64,000 bases of DNA from Felis catus (Eukaryota): NCBI RefSeq assembly GCF_018350175.1, contig NC_058368.1:123258001-123322000 (forward strand), given 5' to 3'. This document shows, piece after piece, positions 22,107-35,378 of the stretch. Numbering within the stretch: position 1 is the first letter of the stretch; the number at the start of each line of letters is the position of its first letter. The notes below the pieces were generated by a model. That model did not search any database. It worked only from the letters and a program-made list of their open reading frames with translations, and was not told where the DNA came from. The translations under genes were made by a program, and so were the position numbers.

Positions 22107-22679
22107 ATCTAAATATTACTCTTAGAATTCTGTGGAGTTCTTTTGTTTTTCTGATTAGATTTTTTTTATCCAAAGAAAGTTAATCAACTCAAAGGCACAA
22201 ACTTGAGTAAATTGTTTATCATATATTTTCCAAACAAAAATTAGGAATTTCTTGGAGTATGGGTATGTGTAGGCAGCCAAAGAGATTCATTGAAATACCA
22301 TGCAAACTACAAGACCAATCTACACCCTGGTTCATTTTCTTTAATTGAAATTTTTAATTTGTAATTTAAAATTATTTTGCTTTGTGATAGTAATATGTAC
22401 TCTTCAGAAAGAATTCAGAAATACAGAAAAATACATTTTAATTTAAAAAAGTAAAAGCAAGCAAAACATTACAATCGAGACTTACTGTCACTGATTTTAC
22501 ATTAAAATCTTTTCTGAACTCCTCCTCTTTCTCTCTTAATGACTGTGATAGAAATAAAAATAGGATCACACTACACATGCTACTTTTGAAGTGAGAATGT
22601 ACTGAATAGTAGGTCAATATGCCATTGAAGAAGAAGAAATTATATCTAAATGGGTGCAATAAGTACATTAAAGTGAAAC

Positions 22680-23700
22680 TTATTTAAAGATACTACTTCC
22701 AAGAATATCAAAATAACAAATGTATAAGGAAAAAAAACTCTAACAAAAGGTATGTATAATCTATACCTTGAATATTATAAAATATTAATCAAAGATTGTA
22801 AAGAAATCCCAAAGAAATGGAAGTACATACCCATTCATCAATTTAAAAATTCAATATTATAAAGAAATACATTCACTCTAAATTGTTTTATAGATTCAGT
22901 ATAATCTGACTCAAAAATGTGGCAGGAATTATTTTTTTGTTTTTGTTTTTGTTTTGGTAGCTGGAGTGTTGGTTTTTTGTTTTTTGAGAGAACAACAATT
23001 TTATTTTCAAATTTGTATGAAAATGTAATAGGAATAAAGAAGATAATCTTGAGGAAGAACAAAGGTGGAGGATTCACATGACCAGGTAATAAGATTTATT
23101 CTCAACCAATAATAATAAAGAAAATATACTGCTGCAAAGATAGACAAATAGACCAGTGGAATGGAACTGAGAGTCCAGAAGCAGATACACACATGTATGG
23201 TCATTAGATTTATGACAAAAAGATCCTAGTAGTAGTAGAATTTTGAAAGCATGTTCTCTTTATTAAATTATACTGAATCAACTGGATATGCACATGGGAG
23301 AAAGTGAATCTTGACTCAACAATGTCAATTTGAATTGATATTCAAAAAAAACAATTCAGAAAATCTTTTAGAAGGAAATAGACTTTCATGAATTTAGAGA
23401 ATACAGATATTGCTTAAACTAGCAAAAAAAGGCATGAAGTGTAAATAAAAATATGGTAAACTGTGCAATATTAAAATTAAAATTCATCAAAATTTTAGCA
23501 AATTAGTAAATTAAATTAGTAAGATTAGTAAAGTAAAAGGTAAACCATCTACTAGGAGAAAATGTTTCCAATACATGTATCCAACAAGAGGCTCTTAGAA
23601 ATACATGAAGAACTCCTATAGATGATAAGAAAAACACAACATCCCAATAGAAAAATGTGCAAAATAAAGGAAGAAGTTATCAAAAGGCTAATAAGTTATA
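22680..23700 (+). mobile_element. Old L1 ORF2 3' region
   Basis: aagaacaaaggtggaggattcaca...agaccagtggaatggaactgagagtccagaa motifs. Confidence 0.75.
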
Positions 23701-25094
23701 CATTACCTCCATTTTTCTTTACATTTCAGTTGCATTTTCCTTATCTAGCTTTTGATCTTATGTTATAATAAGTCCTGTTCTTTTACTAAGGTGAAGTTCT
23801 GAAGACAAACGTAATTTGTTTCCTTGGATTATATTTATTTTCAGACAGTCATCATCATGTTTCTTTCATATAACACAGCTCTCCTTAATTTTTCTTTGGC
23901 TATGTTATGATCAGGGACTGCCATACCTTTCAGCTTTCCCATTTTAATTTCAACCTCAAAATGTACAGCTCTAGCCATACTTCTCTTTGACATAGAGTGA
24001 ATTAATTTTCCTTAATCATCTGTATACTACTAAATGCAGCTTTATTGCCTTGCCATTTGATCTATCAAATAAGGGCTTATTTTATTTCTCTCTCCTTTTT
24101 TCCTGTGGTGAGAAGTTTGTGATTAAATAGGGAGAGCTCAGCTGGAAAGAATAGGGCCTTTGCTGGAAGAATTAGGCCCTCTCTGCTGTCTCTTCTCTTT
24201 TTCAGTTGACATGAGTGGCAATTTATCTTATATACATGGAAAGAATAGCTTTGTATTGATTCATTTATTTCCCCTTTTGGATGTGGGAATTTGGAGTGTA
24301 AGTTTCCATCAGAGATGAGTGAATCTACTTTTTAAAATTGGATTTTTTCATCCTTCATCTCATAGCATCTTTTTTCATTTTTTCCTCACCTATCCAATCT
24401 ATCAAAAGAGGAAAACAGTTTTAAAAAAAAAAACCCTCTTCCTACTCTTCAAATAGTCTTTTCAATAGAAATTGTGGAGAAATTTGTAATCTTATAATTT
24501 CTGCTTCTGAGGGTAAGTTTCAACTTAAGACTTAAGCTTTGACATCTCAGGTTGTTCTTCTTTTCTTATTTTCAAATTTTGCAATGTACTTCAAGACCTG
24601 GTCCCCAAGCATTCTTTTTTTTAACACGCTGACATGAAATTTTGACACACTTCTTGTTTTTGCGGTTCATTTGTTAAAATTCAGAAGAAGGCAATTCTGT
24701 GGTCTGGTTTTGCTGTGCCACCCTGCTTTGTTTATCTACTGCTGAATGGCAAATATTCCAAAACTGAGCATTTTAAAGCAATAACAATTTGCTATTTTCA
24801 CAATTTGGGGAGTTAGCCATTTCATTCATCTGCTTCCCGTGGGGTCAGCTGGAGTGCGGGCGTGGCCAGAAGTTACCCCTGCTAAATTCTATTTTGATGA
24901 AGTGGCTTCTGGAATATCATATATTTCATAATAGATATAGGATTATATATACAGGAATATTATGTATGTGTGTGTGCACCTGTATAGGTAGAAAACTTAA
25001 TGAAAAATATGGGACATTGGAAATTGTATAGAAAAACTTGATCGAAATAATGAAAGTGCTAAAAATTATTCCATTTTTAAAAGGCAAAACTGCA

Positions 25095-25223
25095 CGGATG
25101 CCTGGCTGGCTCAGTAGGTAGAGCATGTGACTCCTGACCTCGGGGTTGTAAGTTTGAGCCCTGTGCTGGATGTAGAGATTACTTTAAAAAAATAAAATCT
25201 TAAAAATAAAATAATTTTAAAAA
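25095..25223 (+). mobile_element. Short SINEC
   Basis: tRNA-like head; 17-bp TSD TAAAAGGCAAAACTGCA at 25078-25094 and 25224-25240. Confidence 0.9.
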
Positions 25224-27058
25224 TAAAAGGCAAAACTGCAGACATTTAGCTCATGGGAGAGAATATTGATAGAGAGCATGAGATATGTTTAGGAAGGAAA
25301 GAAATAAACAAAGAAAGGATATGGGAGAGAGAAAGGAAAAGAGGGAGAGATCCTATCAAGGGACAGAGAGATACACTGTGATCTGTGTGGCTTCAAGGTA
25401 GAAAATTAGGGTAATTGAATCATTAGAAAGACAGGTCTCAATTAAAATTAGGGAGGCTTTGTCTAACTGTGTAATCTAACAAAGGAATGGGCTTCGCTGC
25501 AAAGGAGTAAAGTCCCCGTCTTAATTGTCAAGTAAAGGTTTAATGACTGCTCTTACAGAGGCTGTGGGAAGATTGCAGCCAGGTGCAAGCTTTGTATATC
25601 TAAAATGTTTCTCAGCCGTTAGAAATTATGTTTATCTTCTCTATGCATGCAACTGCACCACATGAGACAAAACTTAGGACAACTGAGTACAGAACAGAGT
25701 TTGATCAGTGACCTGAGGAGGACAGATTCTGTTGCTATCCAATTCTTCCTGTCGCAAACCAGCTCCCCAGAGGCAGGTTCTCATGAGAAGCTGGGTGGGA
25801 GAAGAATCTCCTTGTGCCTGCTGTTAAGCTAGGGTTGATGTCATACCTTGGGTAGTATTCAGGGGAAGCAGAAACCTGTGAATCACAGTCTGGTTCCCAG
25901 AAGAAAAAAGTATAGGATGCAAGCTAAATCTGGGAAATAAAATAGCAGGTTATAATATTTTTGCTTGTAGCTATGGGGAAGAAAAGGCGGTAAGAAGCTT
26001 TCCTCAGGCTTCCTTTTCTTCATGGATGTTTCTGTTGTCTAACCTGTTTATTGTACCCATCATATCACAAGGATAATTTTTACTAACCTCTTTTCCCATA
26101 ACTAGACCATGAGCTTCAGGAGAGCAGGGACATTTTATATCACTGTTTATTGTAATATTCCCTATACCTACTCTAATGCCTGGCCTAATGTAGGTGTTTA
26201 TTCAACAAACGAATGAAGAAATAAATGAAAAGGACTTAACCACCTGAGATCTATCACCCCAGTGAAGCTGTAACTAACAATATGATGTCTGGCTCTAAAA
26301 CATTTTCATAGTATGTTTTAAACTAAGACATGGCAAAATCTTCTCAGATTGCCTCTGTGCTTCATCTCACCTTGTTATGATGGCAGTTGCCTAACAATAG
26401 GAGTAGGAAGGAGGAACTTCCTCAGATTATCTGCTCTTTTGGTAGATGGAGAACTTCTACTTTATATTTTGAAGGTTTCAACTTTCCTAAAACTTGCTTG
26501 TAAGCAGATCGGGCCCTTACTGGCAGGATTCAGAAAATGATAGAAATAGAAATAATTATCAAGGAATGATTATAAAATTAAGAAAGCAATTAAGTATTTG
26601 GAATTGATTTAAAAGTTATAGAATACTTACATATTCAAAAATGTTCTGCATTGTGTGACCTATTCAACATCTATATGATTACTATCAGATCTTTGAAAAA
26701 ATTAAAAATTAAAAAATAAAAAATATCTTTGAAATCAGACCTTTGCAAACTTCATGATTTATGATTCCTCCTTTCTTAGAGATGATTACTAAGGAATAAT
26801 ATGCCATCATAATGACTAGCTAGTATAGAGGTATAAAACAAATATAAGTTTGAGATGAACACTCATCTATAAAGGTACTGCTAATCAAATAAAAAGACAT
26901 GGAAAAGAGGCAGATTCAGTAGCAATCAAGAGGGGTTTAGGTTGTGATATAATATAGCTTAGAAGCCCCTGGGACTATAAAGCAGAAGGTATTTATACGT
27001 TAACATAGCTAAACAATTCTTAACTTTTTGGTGTTGTTGAAATACCTGTATGACCAAA

Positions 27059-27195
27059 GGGTGCCTGTGTGGCTTAGGCGGTTAAGTGTCCAACTCTTGA
27101 TTTCAGCTCAGGTCATGTTCTCACGGTTTGTGAGATAGAGCCCCATATGGGGTTCCATGCTGACAGCACGGAGCCTGCTTGGGATTCTCTCTCTC

Positions 27196-27256
<61 letters not shown>

Positions 27257-27320
27257 CCTCCTCCAACTCACACACATACTCTCTCTCTCAAAATAAATAA
27301 ACATTTAAGAAATAAAAAAG
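27059..27320 (+). mobile_element. SINEC with long (CT)n
   Basis: Head, (CT)~27, tail; TSD-like tgtatgaccaaa. Confidence 0.9.
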
Positions 27321-27989
27321 AAATATGTGTATGACCAAAAGTAAGGCAGGAATAGGTACATTGCTGTGGCGAGGGCTTTCCTTAGTTTGCCAAACACTTT
27401 CTGACATTGAGAGAGGAAACTGCTCTTAAGGTGTGTGTATGTAATCATAACTTAGCTCCAATGATTACACATTTACTCAACCTCCTCCTACGTCAGCATG
27501 CCAAGGGAAATTATGACTTGTTAGCATCGTGACTAAGTTTTAGGAGAGGAAAGGCCCCATATTTCAGGGTTTCATCCTAATGAGTCAAGCAGAAATTTTG
27601 TGTCTTATTTTCAGTGAAGTTGTGCAGAGTTCACTCTTTTAGAATAACTCCCGAGTAAGGGGAAAAGTCAGTGTACCCTTCATGGAGGTATCTACCATAC
27701 CCTCCTAACACATTTGTTAAGTGACTACATATTTTGTCTTCACATAATTCATATGTCTTCCACATAAGAATTCTACACAAGGTGATACTGTGTCAATGTA
27801 GTGCCCTTTGGGCTAATTCTAGGAAATCCTGGCTGTTTCATATCTGTTATGAAGCTACTTACAATCTTGCTAGTCAGGCATTGCACATGGTTACAGCATG
27901 TGTAAAACGAGATAGCAGCTCACCTATCGATAAGTACCCCCACAGATTGTGAGACTCAAAGTGAGACAACACAACGAATGTGCGTTTTC

Positions 27990-28299
27990 TAATTTAATTT
28001 TTTTTATCATTATAAGTATATTCTTTAATTCCCATTACCTATTTCACCCATCCCCTCACCCACCTCCCCTCTTGTAACCATCAGTTTGTTCTCTTTAGTC
28101 AAGAGTCTGTTTCTTGGTTTGTCTCTCTCTTTTTTTTCTCTGCTTGTTTGTTTTGTTTCTTAAATTCCACATATGAGTGAAACATCTGGTATTTGTAGCT
28201 CTCTGGCTGACTTATTTTGCTTAGCTTTATGCTCTGTAGCTCCATCCATGTTATTGCAAATGGCAGGATTTCATTGTTTTTATGACCTAAAAATATGTC

Positions 28300-28345
<46 letters not shown>

Positions 28346-29370
28346 ACATCCTCTTTATCCATTCATCTATTGATGGACATTTGGATGTTTCCATAGTTTG
28401 GCTGTTGCAAATAATGCTGCAATAAACATAAGGGTGCATGTATCCCTTTGAATCAGTGTTTTTGTATTTTGGGGGCAAATACCCAGTAGTATGATGACTG
28501 GATCATAGAATAATTTTATTTTTAATTTTTTTTTGATATATGAAGTTTATTGTCAAATTGGTTTCCATACAACACCCAGTGCTCATCCCAAAAGATGCCC
28601 TCTTCAATACCCATCACCCACCCTCCCCTCCCTCCCACCCCCCCCCATCAGCCCTTAGTTTGTTCTCAGGTTTTTTTGTTTTGTTTTGTTTTTTCAATAT
28701 ATGAAGTTTATTGTCAAATTGGTTTCCATACAACACCCAGTGCTCATCCCAAAAGGTGCCCTCCTCAATACCCATCACCCACCGTCCCCTCTCTCAGTTT
28801 GTTCTCAGTTTTTAACAGTCTCTTATGCTTTGGCTCTCTCCCACTCTAACCTCTCTTTTTTTTTTCCTTCCCCTCCCCCATGGGTTCCTGTTTAGTTTCT
28901 CAGGATCCACACAAGAGTGAAACCATATGGTATCTGTCTTTCTCTGTATGGCTTATTTCACTTAGCATCACACTCTCCAGTTCCATCCACGTTGCTACAA
29001 AGGGCCATATTTCATTCTTTCTCATTGCCACGTAGTACTCCATTGTGTATATAAACCACAATTTCTTTATCCATTCATCAGTTGATGGACATTTAGGCTC
29101 TTTCCATAATTTGGCTATTGTTGAGAGTGCTGCTATAAACATTGGGGTACAAGTGCCCCTAAGTATCAGTACTCCTGTATCCCCTGGGTAAATTCCTAGC
29201 AGTGCTACTGCTGGGTCATAGGGTAGGTCTATTTTTAATTTTTTGAAGAAACTCCATGCTGTTTTCCAGAGAGGCTGCACCAGTTTGCATTCCCACCAAC
29301 AGCGCAAGAGGGTTCCCTTTTCTCCACATCCTAGCCAATACTGTTGTTTCCTGTGTTTTTTATTTTTTGT
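27990..29370 (-). mobile_element. Composite L1: older carnivore L1 3' end carrying young feline L1 3' inserts (28535-29245)
   Basis: ORF 28900-29442(-) is the L1 ORF2 C-terminus ([13 protein letters not shown]...PFVATWMELE). The young 3'UTR end occurs twice (28535-28668 and 28697 onward). (AT)~20 at 28303-28342. Confidence 0.93.
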
Positions 29371-30289
29371 GCTTTTTTGAATGAATGCATAAAGAAAGGT
29401 GAATGCATAGGAATACCTTACTTTATAGAGAAGAAGAGACACAAAAGCAACTGTCCTATTTTTCTCACATTTTCACAAGTATTGTGTTCTGAAATGTGCT
29501 CTGAGCTCTCAGCTATCCTGTCTCAGATACTCAAACTCAAATCATTCGTCTGTGACATCCAGAACACCAAATCTGCTTTTTCAAATGCAAATAGTTAAGA
29601 TGACAGGAATACCTCAAATAGCAATCATTATAATAAATATACTAGTATAATTACAAGAAGATGAAAATGTTACAAAAGTCACGTTACAAAAGCAATGTGA
29701 AGCTATACATAACGATTTGAAAAACACCAAGTATGTCAAAACTATATAAGCTGAAATCAAGTCAGAAAGCACTAGGTGAATCTCATTCAGCATCCTCGCT
29801 CTCAGATGAGGAAACTTCCTCTTTGAGAAAGTAGAATCAGTTCTGAATGGCCTGCTTAGCCCCCGACCACCATCAACCTGCAGATTGCACTCTGGCCCGT
29901 TACTGTGGTACAACACTCAACCCGATTCTGAACATTTTCTTCTTTTGTTAAAAGAAAGAAGATCTAAAGTCAGTGACTTCAAATTCCACTTTGAGAAGTT
30001 AAATAAAGTGGAAGAAACAAAACAAAAGTAAGCATAACAGAGGACGTCAGAAATAGCAAAGAAGATAATGAAGTGAAAAGAAAAACAAAACAGAAAATCG
30101 TACAGAAAGATCAGCAAAACCAAAACCTAGTTCTTGGAGAAGATTAGTAAAACTGATAAAATTCTAGTCTGACTGACTGAAAACAAAAAAAAGAGAAGGC
30201 ATGAATTACCAATATGAAGAATGGCAGCTATAACATGTTGAAAATGGCAGGATCTGCTTCATTTTGAAGATTGAATAACATTCCATGAT

Positions 30290-31010
30290 TCAGTTTACAT
30301 ATATCAACAGCATTTCATGTAATGAAACACTCCCTCCTCTATAAAGTACTTTTTTCCCCATCACACTTCCAAGATGCTCCAGTTCAGTCTCCATGAGTCC
30401 CTTCATCAGGTGGCACCTACAGGGTTTCAGCCTTTGAACCCATACTAGATTTTTCCCCATACTTATTCCCTTAGTGATCTCACCTGACACTAGATTTGTG
30501 CCCCCAATCTGTACCTCTTCCCTGAAATCTAGATTGTTGTATACAACAGCCCACTCAGCACTTTTATTTGAATATCTAGTCAGAATCTCAAACTTATTGT
30601 GTCCCAAACTGAGCTCCTGACATTCTTTCCCTCCACCATTGTTTCTTCCTCATTGCTCACCAGCTCATAAAATGGCAAGTCCAGTTTTTCCAGTCGTTAA
30701 GCCAAAAACCTTATAATCATACTTGACTGCACTCTTTTTCTCACACCCAGCATGCAGTCTGTCAGCAAAGTCCTTTGGCTCCATCTTCAAAATATATCCT
30801 ACAGCTAACCACTTTTCATCACCTCCCTGTTAATTCCTCAGTGCAACCACTGTCTTCTTTCACTTGAATTATTACAGTAATCTTCTAATCACCATCTTGC
30901 TTCCACTCTTTCAGGACGCATTCAACATTCAACATTACACATCAGCACAATATGTTCAGCCAGAATAATTCCATATAAATATAATTTCATCATGCCACTT
31001 CCTTCATTAT
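30290..31010 (+). mobile_element. L2 fragment
   Basis: atctcaaacttattgtgtcccaaactgagctcctg...ccatcttcaaaatatatcc, typical of L2. Confidence 0.75.
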
Positions 31011-31046
31011 AAATCTCCAGTAATTGGGCACAAGTTGCTAGTTTTT

Positions 31047-31271
31047 CTTTTTCTTTTCCTTTTTTCTTTTTTGAGAGAGTGAGAGGGAGCAAGGAAGGGA
31101 CAGAGGGGGAGAAAGAGAGAGGGGGAGAGAGAGAATCTCAAGCATGCTCCACACCCAGTGTGTTTTGTGTCTTAAATTCCAACGCGGGGCTTAATCCCAC
31201 AACCGTCAGCTCATGACCTGAGCCGAAATCATGAGTAAGACACTCAACCAACTGAGCCACCCAGGTGCCCC
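31047..31271 (-). mobile_element. SINEC
   Basis: TSD caagttgctagttttt on both sides. Confidence 0.88.
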
Positions 31272-31849
31272 TACAAGTTGCTAGTTTTTGATAAAGGTCC
31301 CACACTGCTACCTGGGATTAATTCTCTGCCCTGTCCTCTGGTCTCTTGATTATTCTCTGAGTTATCTTCTCTGCTCCCCCACGCCTAGCACATACTCCTG
31401 TAAAAAATGGCCTGTGTTTACAGCTAAGTAGTTTTCGCAGCCTGCCTCCTGCCCATAGATGTTTTGTATTGCAGGGCACAAAACATGGCCTCTACATTTC
31501 TTACTATCTCTTTCATTCTAGGCTTGTTCAATTTCTTCAAAAATGTTTTGGGTTCTTTATGCATCAGTCTGCATAACACTTTATTGAACAAAAGTCACAC
31601 TTCAAATCTATTCAAAGTGCACACCAAAAAGGAGCATCCTAAGAACAGGTGTTTTGACAGGTGCACACTGTGGGGACTTACATGACCTATAACATCTAGT
31701 AGCTTACATAGTCTCACTTTGGCATACTCTAGTGACTGACTCCCAAACCTGCCCAGACTGAAGGAGACAGGCTAAGGGCCTTACCCCTCAATGAGTGTGA
31801 ACACTTTTGAGACTGGCTGTCACGACTGCCGCACCATGATGAATCAAAA

Positions 31850-31886
31850 GCTATCCCAGGCTATCCCAGGCTATCCCAGGCTATCC
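31850..31886 (+). repeat. Tandem repeat (GCTATCCCAG)x3.7
   Basis: Read directly from the sequence. Confidence 0.9.
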
Positions 31887-32301
31887 TACTGAGCCTGTAA
31901 TTCTAGGGGGAAAGATCAGAAAGAGTCACAGTGAGAGTATATTCTGAGTTTTATTTTCTTATTTTAACATATAATGAGAAAGACATGAGTTGAAAAAAGT
32001 ATTTGGAATCTTACCAGTAGAAATTAAAGGGAACATAGAGAACCCTCAGAAATGTGAGGCTTCCGAGGAGATTGAAAAGCTGTTTGCTTCTAAACACCTG
32101 CATGGTAAGAAGCAGACTGAAAAAGCCCCATTAGTAACAAAAGACACATGCATTTCCTCCATTGAATAAAGTCACTCAGGTTTGTTGCCAAGATCATATT
32201 AGAAATGTTGCTTCCCGGCCTAAGCTTATTGCTTCAGATGGTCACAAGCTATCCACCCTTAAACGTAGAGACAGGGACTGGAGATCAAGAAAGAAAAGAC
32301 A

Positions 32302-32536
32302 GGGGCACTGTGTGGCTCGGTTGGTTAAGCATCTGACTCTTGGTTTTGGCTCAGGGCGTGATCTCACAGTTTCGTGAGTTCCAGCTCTGTGCTGACCAAG
32401 CGTGGAGCCTGCTTGGGATTCTCCCTTTCCCTCTGTCCCTGCCCCTCCCCTGCTTGCTCTCTTGTCTCTCAAAATAAATAAATAAACTTAAATAAACTAA
32501 ACTAAACTAAACTAAAATAAAATAAAATAAAATAAA
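32302..32536 (+). mobile_element. SINEC
   Basis: Head, body and (TAAAC/TAAAA)n tail. Confidence 0.88.
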
Positions 32537-33604
32537 GACATAATGTAGGCCTTAGAATTATGGCTATAGGTAAGAACTTTGAACGCAGGCCCCAAAATGG
32601 AAGCAATTTAAAGGAAATAGTTTAGGAAACATCTAAAGTTTGAGGATTTGTATTGCCAGAGAAACCATAAGTCAAGTTAAAAGAACCACTTAGCTTAAAT
32701 AAAGTTTAAGCCCCTGAACTTGACCATGAAGAAGTAGATTTTAAAGTAATGTAGCTCCAAAGGTAAACATGTTTCCCAAACTCCATCTTAGATTGGTCCT
32801 TGATGAAACAAAGGCCAGTAAGATCCTATTAGAAGGCAGAGCCAGGAACTGCCAAGAACTAGGAAAAGGGGCATTTTTTCAAATAACAGAGTCAGAGTAT
32901 CATCAAAGAATGTGCCCCACTACAAACAGGAGACTTCATTGGTCCAGGTAGGCAGATTTTATCAATGCTGTGTGCCAGTGATGGTCATGTAGTATCTCGT
33001 CACTCTTTTTTTCACTGGGAGCCTGACTTGTGGTGACCGTGTTCAAGCTCCTCTGTTACGTGTTAGTATGGGAGAGGAGATGAGGGCTGGCAGCACACTT
33101 CATAAGGTACAGGTCTCCGTAGGGAGCTTCTCTCAGAAGTCAGAACTGTTTGCTGGTTGCAATGACTGGATAACACTTTAGATTGTCTCTTATGAGGAAT
33201 CAAGTGAGTATGTCCTAAGAGTGGGAAAAGGGGTGTGCATGGTATCTGGTGGCCCTGGGGGCTAATTGTCTATAAAATTCATGCTCCACTGATAGAATAT
33301 AGAATCAGTGCTGGGAAGAGAAGGCCCAACAAGCAAAGTGATTTTTCTACCCCCATTGCATATAGCTGTGATCAATGTGACTAATTCTCAACAAGGATGA
33401 GTGTGTGTTGTGTTTCACTTTTAAGCCAAGTTGGTGAAGAATCATGTGTGAACAGCTTCACGATATTCTTCTTCTTCCAACTACCTCGATGCAAATGAGC
33501 ATAGCAAATTTGAGCCACATGCGGAAGCTCAAAATGAAAGGAGACTGGGTCTTTCAATACTGCTTGGAGAAAAACTCTCTACATATCAGAGACGGTAACT
33601 TCTT

Positions 33605-33742
33605 CTTGTGTAAGTTATTGTACGTAGAAGTAATTTGTTGTATCAACTGGGATTATCTTTGTTGTATCTTTGTTGTATCTTGTGTATCTTGTGTAAGTTA
33701 TTATACGTAGAAGTAATTTGTTGTATCAACTGGGATTATCTT
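33605..33742 (+). repeat. 55-bp direct duplication with a short-repeat filler
   Basis: 33605-33659 matches 33688-33742 with one mismatch. Confidence 0.88.
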
Positions 33743-33989
33743 AAAACAATTTGTAATAAAAGGTATGGTGCAAAATTTACCTACATAAGGGAGTTACTGG
33801 GTTGTACTATCTGATAGATACAGGATTGTTTCTCTTATACTCAGGCAATGAGCCCAAGTCATACATACATATATGAAACATAACCAGATAAATAAATCTA
33901 GCTTTTGAAAACTCACTCATGCAAACATTGATTCTTCCACCCAACTTAGTTATTTAGCATCTCCTATCTTTCTTACTGTTATTAAACTC

Positions 33990-34190
33990 TTTTTTTAATG
34001 TTTATATATTTTTGAGAGACTGAGAGAGCCAGAGCATGAGGAGTAAGAGAGAGGGGCACAGAATTGGAAGCAGGCTCCAGGCTCTGAGCTGTCAGCACAG
34101 AGCCCGACACAGGGCTCAAACTCACCAACAGTGAGATTATGACCTGAGCTGAAGTCAGACTCTTAACCGACTGAGCCACCCAGGTGCCCC
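33990..34190 (-). mobile_element. SINEC
   Basis: Reverse-complement SINE; TSD tattaaactctt. Confidence 0.88.
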
Positions 34191-34562
34191 TCTATTATTA
34201 AACTCTTAGTTATAGCTCCCACTATTTTTGACTGTCAAATGTCAAATAAATCTCCACCCTGAAAAGGCCATATAGTATTTTAAGTAATAATGAAGTAGAT
34301 ACATACTCATAATATACCCATGTGCTATATGTCATGAAAGATAAAATGCTGTTTTTATTATAAATAAAATGTTTAAATTTTACTATAAGTTAGAAGAGAA
34401 AGACTGATTCCTTCTCAGGCAACTGAGGAAAACATTTTATAATAGGCTTTACCTCAGCTTAGTCAGCAAAGTTGAGCCAGATTCTGAGAGGCAGAAGGAG
34501 CAACAATGTGTTTTAGAAAGAGAAAATATTAGTGGTCAGAAGTTTAGGAAGAGAGGGACGAT

Positions 34563-34770
34563 GGGACACCTGGGGGCTCGGTCAGTTAAGTGCCTGACGT
34601 TGGTTCAGGTCCTGATCTCGATCTCGTAGTCATTGAGTTCAAGCCCCTCATTGGGCTTGCTGCTATCAGTGCAGAGCCTAACTCAGATTCTCTGCTCCCT
34701 CTCTCCCTGACCCTCCCCTGCATGCTCTCTCTCTCTCTCAAGAATAAATAAACATTTTTTTTTAATATAG
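34563..34770 (+). mobile_element. SINEC
   Basis: Head, body and tail. Confidence 0.85.
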
Positions 34771-35378
34771 GAAGAGAAAAATGAAGATAACTTGGGATTT
34801 TAGTGTTTTCAGCCTCTGACCTTCGGCAAGGAAACTAGAAGATGAAATTGAGACATAAGGTATGCCAGATCACCGAAGAACAGTGAATCCCAAGCTAACG
34901 CAAATTTAATTTTATTGGCTAAACTTTGTTAAGCAATGAGGAGGCACTCCCATTTATTTTTCCCTGAGGTAGTTCGCCCCGGCCCCGCCTGCCCGGAGCT
35001 GATAGGCCTGGAAGACAACGTGTATAGCAGAAATAATGGGATTGTTGAACTTAGAAATAAACATTCTTGCAGAGGCATTTCCCCAAAATTTAGGGCAAAC
35101 CAAATAATGATTTGTTTGAACTAAATCACCTGACCTGGGCAATACTGCTTCCTTGTCATTTTAAGACTTTGGCGAATTTTCCCCTCATATTGTAGTATGT
35201 TGGCAAACATTTAAGAAGCTGCTTCTGACAGTTATAATTAAGCTTCAAAGGGAACAGTCACAGCCAGACATTTAGTTGGGCTGAAATGATTTCCTTTTTT
35301 CCATTGTTACCAATGTGCAACTCACCCTAGCTTGTTTCCCATCATGTTTTCCAGAGGGCGAAGAAATGTTTCAATTTA

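Noticed and set aside
28900..29442. 180-aa ORF as a host gene
   Set aside because: It is the L1 ORF2 C-terminus extended by flanking sequence.
22058..33742. Short direct repeats as a CRISPR-like array or other prokaryotic system
   Set aside because: The context is mammalian and the repeats are simple tandem duplications without unique spacers.
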